A DNA stretch of 58,831 nucleotides, filler included, from Sluysia triapertura (lineage: Eukaryota), in assembly GCA_046118255.1 (NCBI GenBank). It is 4 parts of 4 records of this genome, joined end to end, with 100 filler letters (N's around TTAATTAATTAA, not from the genome) between each part and the next. Parts side by side here need not be neighbours in the genome. Positions count along the whole stretch, not along the records: positions 44,375 to 58,831 come from JBJNIA010258626.1; 3 more parts are not named here. The stretch is one strand, 5' to 3'. The notes below the pieces were generated by a model. It worked only from the letters and a program-made list of their open reading frames with translations, had not been told where the DNA came from and ran no database searches. The translations under genes were made by a program, and so were the position numbers. Of this stretch, positions 51,740 through 58,831 are shown piece by piece (the stretch's first letter is position 1; the number at the start of each line of letters is the position of its first letter).

Positions 51740-53300
51740 TGCGTGGTGATGAAGTAAATATTTAGATAAGAAATGAAAACATCCTATAATATAAATTCCT
51801 ATTAAACCAGAAAAGCAAAAGAAACTATCTCACATTTGTTTTAGTGTATTTTAAGCAGCTTTCTTAAAATGATCAGGCCCTAATAATAGTTCAAAATTAA
51901 CTTGACCGTCTTTTCTACAATAGCTTTATCTGTTAAAACCTTAGATTGCTTAATTGGGAATAAAATTGCATGTCATTAGTATAAATACCAGAATTAGGGA
52001 TCTTTTTAGTTGCTAAGAATTTTAATTTACCTCTTAATTCGGTTAAACCTATTACTTCTGGCATCTTAACCTGACTTCTATGCGGTAATGAAATCCATAA
52101 ATTATCATCTATCCTGTACTCGGGTGCCATGACATTTGAGCACTACGTGGTTTTTATTTTAATTTTATCATTTAGTAATAATACTCGTGTTACCGGTTCT
52201 AAATAGGTTTGTAATTTTCCATAAATCCGATTCTTGTATTTAAACTTCGACTTTCTTATATTTTTCTTATATTTATAAGTATATAATACTTCACCCATTA
52301 GTCTACAAAATACGCCTTCTTCTAAAGGTAAAAGTGGTGCCACTAGATTAGGATTAGTAATCGCGATTGCTAACATAGTTCATAAAATTTCCTTATTTAG
52401 TTGACAATCTCTTGTTATCATTGCATAAACTTTTTCTAGCGACATTAGTCCTAAAAAATAGTAAAAGTCAATCTTATTGTTAAATTATGTGTTTAATTTT
52501 AAATTCTTAGGGTCACCTCCCTTTTTTGCTTGTGGAATTATATGTTCAGACAAATAAATACTTTGATAGTTAGTCTCAGTTACTTCTTTACCACATCTAA
52601 TGATTGAATTTTTTGACATAAATATTAAACCGTCTTCTTCCTTATTTGCCATAAGAATTGTAGGAGTTTCTACCTCTTTCAATTTTTTTCTTTCTAAATT
52701 TTCCTTATGTATTTGTTTCTTACTTAATTCCTCAATGAGTAATTCATGATCATTTTGAAATACGAATTCTGATACAAGATTAAACTTAATTTGTTTTAGA
52801 AATATCAAAGGACACTGAAACCTATTTAATTCGCAAAGTAATATTGATTCTATTTTACAAAAACGTACCTGATATATTCTACAGACCCCTTTCACATGTT
52901 CCATCTAATAATACATTTCCTGCTGTCCTTACATTATAAATAATCTTTGCATTATCTTTTATTTCCAACTTATCCCCTTTATTTAAATTTATATAAACGG
53001 TTTCGAATGTATCCATAAAGTTATTGGGTGATATTTGAAAAGGTTTTAGAACGTTTGAATATCAATAATCGATGAGTGACTTTGATGTCCACAATACCAT
53101 ATTACGACTGATCATTTAAACGAATATTAAATTACACATTCAGTATCTTACTATCCTTAAATATTACTCTATTGGGTCATGACTCCGGCCAATCCTCTCT
53201 CTGGAGCAATGAAAATTTTTTTATCTATTTAAGGTCTACTACAATTCCATTTGTCTTATTTATGCCGAACATAGCAAGCAAAATAATTACGAATAACATA
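51740..53300 (-). pseudogene. Envelope glycoprotein of chuvirus-G / herpesvirus gB-like (class III) type
   Basis: Signal-like MLFVIILLAMFGINKTNG; FSLL; WYCGHQSHSSII; AGNVLLDGTCE; CGKEVTETNYQSIYL; GVFCRLMGEVLYTYK; YLEPVTRVL; CSNVMAPEYRIDDNLW; SGIYT; TM SGLIGIYII; FLSKYLLH. Order and spacing match recalled chuvirus-like glycoprotein motifs. Confidence 0.8.
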
Positions 53301-54049
53301 TTATTAGTAGAATTACCTAATCTAGGCAGTATATATTATTCAATAGATTATTATTTTCTAATATATTTGTGGACCAATTGAGAGTTTCATTAGAGTTTAA
53401 TTTGTCGCTTTCTTTAATTATATTTTTCTAATCACCTTTGTTTTCAATCCATAACTTAAGTTTTTTGTCTATAAAATTTAATATTTGATATATCTTCTCC
53501 TTAGTAAGAAGTTTCTCTTTATCACATTGGAACAATGTGTAAGTAATGATGATTTTGAGCTTTTCTCTATTTAATCCAGTATTAATTTGTTTACCTATTA
53601 TCAACTTATATTGCCCCGTGTCTGTATAATCACTTATATCCTTATCTCTATATTTTTCTTCTAATTATTGCGTTAATTGAGTAATTGCACTTCTTGTCAA
53701 ATACTTCTTGATAATACTTGTGAAAATTATCAAACTTATCCGACAATAGTGCATAAATTAAACTTGTTGTATCTATTTCAATTTTATCGCTAAATCTATA
53801 GTATTCCTATTAACATAATTAGGAGTTATAAATTGATCACTGCATTCCTCTTTTCTGGGTCTGCCTGGTCTTCTCTTGAGAGTATTTGTTTCCTTATTTA
53901 ATGTCTCTATATGTGGATTGTCATTTAAATCTATTATCTGGTTGTTCATTATCTGTATCAGTATTAATATCCACATTAATTTGTATCCATTTGTATTCAT
54001 TTGTATTCACATTAACTTTATTAGGAGTAGAACAATTAAATGGTATATC

Positions 54050-54280
54050 ATAAACAATAGTAGCTTTTAATATATCATCATGAATTCCAAGAGGTTAACC
54101 ATAATCATTTAAAAAATAATCGGGCACCAGATTTCTATCATTAAAATATAAGTTGACAACCGTAGTATTAGAGTCATTCATTTTAATTAAATCTATAATT
54201 TCTTTGAATCTCGTAGTGATAGGCAATTCCATTACTACATTTATTAAATCATTAATTAATATTTTAATATTCAATAAGGT
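54050..54280 (-). pseudogene. Ubiquitin-like domain within the polyprotein
   Basis: LNIKILIND..VVMELPITTRFKEIIDLIK...NLYFNDRNLVPDYFLNDYG*PLGIHDDILKATIV parallels ubiquitin [29 protein letters not shown]. Confidence 0.5.
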
Positions 54281-55124
54281 TGTTGGTGTTTCATTTCGTT
54301 CCATGTGTGCAATTTTCTTTAATATTTTTCTTGCTTTAACTTTATGATAATTTTCTTCTCTACTTAACGCAACTAAAATAGACTTAATTTTATGGCCATC
54401 TGGAAGACTTAAGTCGGACTTATATAAATTTTCAAAATTAATTCGATGTCTTCCTTATTTAAACATGAAAGAAATGCATTAACTTCGTTATTGCAGATAA
54501 TTCTAACGTGTTTGCTTTATTCTCCTCATTGACAGAGGTTCATTTTCGCTTTCTAGAATAACTTCATTGCTTGTATTCGAATTACTAATTTCACTTTTAT
54601 TTGAACCTTCATATTCACTTATACTTGATTGTTGAATTTGTTTCGAGATATTCGAGATATCCAATGTTAAACTCGAATTGTCACTATTGTCATCTATGAT
54701 TTTTATTATTTACTTCGCTTGCGTTTTTCTCCTTCTCTAACTCCTTATCTTTCAACTCTTGTTTTCTTTTTAATATTTAAGATAATGCTCGTACATATAA
54801 TTTATAAATGCATCCTCTTCTTTTTGTCTATTATATCTATCTTCATTTTCATCATCATCGTCACCGTCTAATTTTATTCTAGAAAACTCTTTAATAAATC
54901 CATCTTTATGTCTCCTATAGTTTCTTCTTCTGAATCATAATCTTCGTGCGTTTCTTCATCATAATTATTGTAACTATTTCGCATTTTATTATATTATAAT
55001 TTATTTGTTCCTTACTCTTATTCTTAACGTCATTAAACCTTACTTTTCTATCTGAGTTTGTCTCTCTCGAATAATCTTGCATTTTAGTAATATTTTGATT
55101 AAAAGTTTCAGCTCTTAATTTCTT

Positions 55125-56068
55125 ACAATTTCTAGCGTAATGACCTTGCTTATCACAGTTATTACATATTACATTCTCTTCTGTTTGTTTGAGTCTTATG
55201 GTTATTAGCAGGACTTCTTTTTCTATTCACCAGCCGAACTTGGCCAACGCGATGCAGGTCTTTGTTCGTAACCTTGAGGTTTTGTTATTACTTTTAAAAC
55301 CGAAATTATTATTAATTCTAAAAGCCTGAGAGATATTTTCTCAAAAATTATTTCTAACTCCTCATCGTACCTTAGTGCATTATTTGTTCTGAAATTATTT
55401 CCTCTACTAAAATTATTACTTCTGTAATTAGAATTATTTCCTCCAAAATTAGGATTAGTAGTATTATAACTATTTATTCTACAGTCCAAATTATTATCAT
55501 ATCCAGCATTAAAATTAGAGTTCTTACGTTCTTAAAATTTCTTTTTTTATAATTATCTTGAGATTTCTCGATGCCCCTTAACATATGCTCTTAATTCTGA
55601 GCGTAGACCACTTTTTAACTTATCAATTAAAAGATTCTCCTTTTATCATCAACTTTAGCTCTAAAGACTTTAATGCGCATGCAAGTTCATAAACTGTTTC
55701 CTTACATTTCCTTACATAAACTGTTTTCTTCGTACATTGAGCATCTTAATGTAATATTTACCTATATCGCCGAGATCTATTTCTTCAGTGAAGGCATTTA
55801 CAAACTCTTGCCAATTTTGCTTATAAATTTTATCAATTTCCTTATAAATCTGGATTGCAACTCCAGTTAAGTAGTTTTGTATACGCTTAATCTTTTCAAT
55901 TTCTATCCAGCCATTTGCCTCTGTAATACTATCATACTCAAAAAGAAAATCACAGAGTTCTTCCTCTGCGCCATAAAATTTTCTTAAATCGGGGAATGCC
56001 ATTGTAAGCCTAATATCCCTAGCAAATTGAGACATATAGTCTCTAAATTCTTCTATTGGTAAAGACAT
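55125..56068 (-). pseudogene. Gag (capsid plus CCHC zinc knuckle)
   Basis: KFYGAEEELCDFLFEYD...ANGW...YLTGVA...WQEFVNAF capsid signature; KSGLRSELR; CNNCDKQGHYARNC at 55125-55166. Confidence 0.9.
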
Positions 56069-57395
56069 CTTATTTGTTTGTTTAGAGTGATTTCTTCTAG
56101 GCTTTTTCTTATTCTTAGTAAATTCAATTAAACTTCGTGTATCAATTCTGAAGACTTAAAAAGTTAATATTCAAATATCAATATTTAATAACTTGAATAA
56201 TAGTTCAATAGGTACAAATGTAAATCGGAATCAAATATTTTAAACTTAAATCAAGAAAACTTAATAAAATTCAATTAAACTTGACAATTACAAATCCAAA
56301 TCTTATAAATCTCAAGAAAATATCAAAAACCTTATCAATTACTTATCAAACAATGTAAAGACAATTCAAAATAATACCATAACTCAATAAAATCGTAATT
56401 ATAAACTTAACTTTAGTCAAAATTAGGGGTAAAACTTACTTAAAACTTATGTAAAATTCAAATAATCAAATGAAACTTAACAAATTCTATGAAAACTTAA
56501 TGAAATTATAAAATAACTTAAAATAACTGTTAAACTTATACAACTTAATGTCATACTTAAGTAAAACGTACAAAACTTATGAAATTAAGGCATATACTTA
56601 AGAAACGTATAAATTCTTACTTAAACTTATACAAAAACTTATAAAAATCAGCTCTAAATCATCACATACTTAAGGGGTAATCATAATAATAAAAACTTAA
56701 TAAAAACTTAAATACTTAATAAATACTTAATAAAAACTTAACTTAATTATCAAAATATTCGATAAAACGTAGACTTATAATTTAAAAATTCAAAATATAA
56801 CACCTAAAATTTTAAAATTCACAATTAAAAAGCTTAAATTTAATGGTAACTTGACTTAATCGCAAAATATACAATATAACTTACACTTATAGCTTAAAAA
56901 TGCAAAATTACACACTTAAACTTAATTTTAACTTATTATATATCTAAATAATTCAAACTTAGAACCTTAAATTCTTATCAAAACAACTTTAAAAACAACT
57001 TATACGAGATTAAACTTAAAACTCAAATAATAACGTATTATAACTTATATCGTCGAAAATCAAACTTAATTTTACTCTTAAAAGTGTTCAAACTTAAAAA
57101 TTATCAAGAGTTCAATGCTTAATTTTAATTTCAACTCGTTTAAAAACCTTATAATCAATGAAACACAAACTTATAAACTTAAATTCTATGAATTACTAGT
57201 CAGAATTACTTAAAAGCAACGGATAAATACAAAAACTTGTCAAAATTCAAATTTTAATATCGAATTATAAAGTAAATCATCAAAACTTAAAAATTCAATG
57301 TTCTGTAAATACAATCAAACTTAAAAAATTCAATGCAAAAATGATAAAAACGTCGTTAAAACTCAAAAATTTAACGTATGTCTTAACTTATGTAA

Positions 57396-57413
57396 GTCCC
57401 AATTCGGGCGCCA
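57396..57413 (-). promoter_or_regulatory. Primer-binding site, tRNA-Lys(UUU)-like
   Basis: TGGCGCCCGAATTGGGAC matches the canonical tRNA-Lys3 PBS TGGCGCCCGAACAGGGAC at 16/18 and lies 5 nt inside the LTR terminal CA. Confidence 0.85.
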
Positions 57414-57418
57414 AATTT

Positions 57419-58247
57419 TGCTGTGGTTTTAACTCTTAACCTGCAGCAAAATAAAATTGAGCAGGGTCCAGTTACACTAAAAGTCTTATGTCGTAAAGAT
57501 GTAACTAAAACAAGTTAATTCCAATGCTAAAAACTTAATCTATTAATTAAATTAGAAAGTCTCTTTAATTACTTTAATTATCAACTTATCCAACTAATAT
57601 AATTAAAATAAGTAAACTAATTTAGCTATTTAACAGAAAAGAAAAGAGTTATGAAACCAAGTTATAAAAATATTTTTAAATTTATAATCAAAACCCTATG
57701 GATCTTTGATTTTATTTTTATAAATGATGTGAATTAAAAAACGTTTTGATAGTGCCTTAAATTGAATTTACCTGGATTTTACATTTCGATTCTTTAATTT
57801 GAAACTTCCTTATAAAAATAAAGCTTACCAAATACTAATTAAAAATAGCTATAATAAATTCCGGGGATTGTTCGTCACAAGTAAACAGATCGAATCCAAC
57901 GAATAAACCGCGTCAATGAGTATTGTAAATCAATAGTGTTAAAAGACTAAATAAATTTCCATTGCGTTAATATGGCGTTAGCAAAAATTAACAATATCTT
58001 GACGAATTATAATGAGAATAACTTGTGATGAAACTTGAACTGATGCTAGTTTATATACTAGTCATCAGCCAATAGAAATCGGTGGAACATTTTAGAAGCG
58101 TCTATTCTATTTTTAGAAGCTTATTTTCTTTTTTGGAAAATAATAGTTTGCTAGTTATTTGGAAGCTTTTAAATATGTTTTTAAATGGTTTTAAAATTTT
58201 TTAATGATTTTTACATAATTTTAGAGGGTTGTGGTGGCAACCTAACA
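57419..58247 (-). mobile_element. 5' LTR (~830 bp, TG...CA)
   Basis: Starts TGTTAG (boundary supported by the second copy ending at 29227) and ends CAGCA before the PBS. Contains ATTGG (CCAAT) and TATATAAA at ~58050-58073. Confidence 0.75.
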
Positions 58248-58728
58248 TACCCAATGATTTTAATTATCAATTGCATTTTCGTTACGCAATAGAAATTACT
58301 AAAAATTAGACAATAACTTAAATGTATTTTATAAAATTTTATTCAAATAAAAATTCTTAAAATAAATAAGTAACAAGTATGTTAAATTTCCTTGTACTGA
58401 TAATGAGAATTCAAATTTTAAAGTTCGTTTGTTATCGTTTAAAAAAATGAACAGAGAAATCAAATGTAATATCTTTCCCGTTGATAAATTTTTTAAAACC
58501 CAAAAAACTTTAAAATACAGCTCTTTAGAATCACCTTAATCAATTTACAAAAACTTTCAAATTAATAGTAAAAGTAAAGCGTTTTTAGACGTGTGAGAAT
58601 AAGGTCATTTGACCTTTAAACATAAGAATAATTATTGTGATGAATTAGTAATTAATAACATTAGACACAAAACTTATAAATAACTATGATAAATAATAAT
58701 ACTTTTATTTCAAATAAAAACATAAGTA

Positions 58729-58831
58729 CACCTATCCCCCGATTTACACGGTACTCGTTTTACACGTTTTCGTTTTACACGGTTTTCCAAATAAGTTTTT
58801 TTTACGTTTTTCTCAGGAACGTATCTACCGT
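58729..58831. mobile_element. pogo/mariner-type MITE truncated by the window end
   Basis: TA|CACCTATCCCCCGATTTACACGG followed by repeated (T)TTTACACG subterminal motifs. Confidence 0.55.

Larger units (their letters stand above)
48100..58247 (-). mobile_element. Decayed env-bearing Ty3/gypsy LTR retrotransposon; RNase H-integrase deleted, 3' LTR not found
   Basis: LTR, PBS, gag, CCHC, glycoprotein, DTG protease and gypsy RT all on minus in that order. Inclusion of 48100-50000 is inferred from contiguity and strand. Confidence 0.85.

Noticed and set aside
53930-54000. MNTNGYKLMWILILIQIM as the Env signal peptide
   Set aside because: Probably off-frame; the polyprotein frame reads NEYKWIQINVDINTDTDNEQ here, and a better signal directly precedes the glycoprotein motifs at ~53300.

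Overview
Very AT-rich animal genomic scaffold with many (AAT)n microsatellites. A lophotrochozoan, most plausibly a planarian flatworm, is my inference from the protocadherin type and the retroelement families. The window is stitched from at least four contigs by artificial 100-bp spacers (N44-TTAATTAATTAA-N44). Host content: one large protocadherin exon (minus strand, 6 cadherin repeats plus TM, EC1 apparently deleted), the 5' exon of a probable second paralogue, an importin-5 retro-pseudogene, an LRR pseudogene and several intronless orphan ORFs. Mobile content: a decayed hAT transposon, pogo/piggyBac/hAT MITE remnants, a tRNA-derived repeat in 3 copies (one split by an RLE-type non-LTR retrotransposon) and gypsy fragments. 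The most striking object is a ~10 kb decayed Ty3/gypsy element at ~48.1-58.2 kb (minus), read in this order: LTR, tRNA-Lys-type PBS, Gag with CCHC knuckle, ubiquitin-like and AT-hook segments, a chuvirus/herpes gB-like glycoprotein lying between Gag and protease and in frame with the protease, RT, an unknown C-terminal domain, an array of covarying stem-loops, and accessory ORFs including a RING finger. The same C-terminal domain and stem-loop array recur in a diverged relative at ~25 kb. All family assignments come from hand translation and recalled motifs, not database searches.
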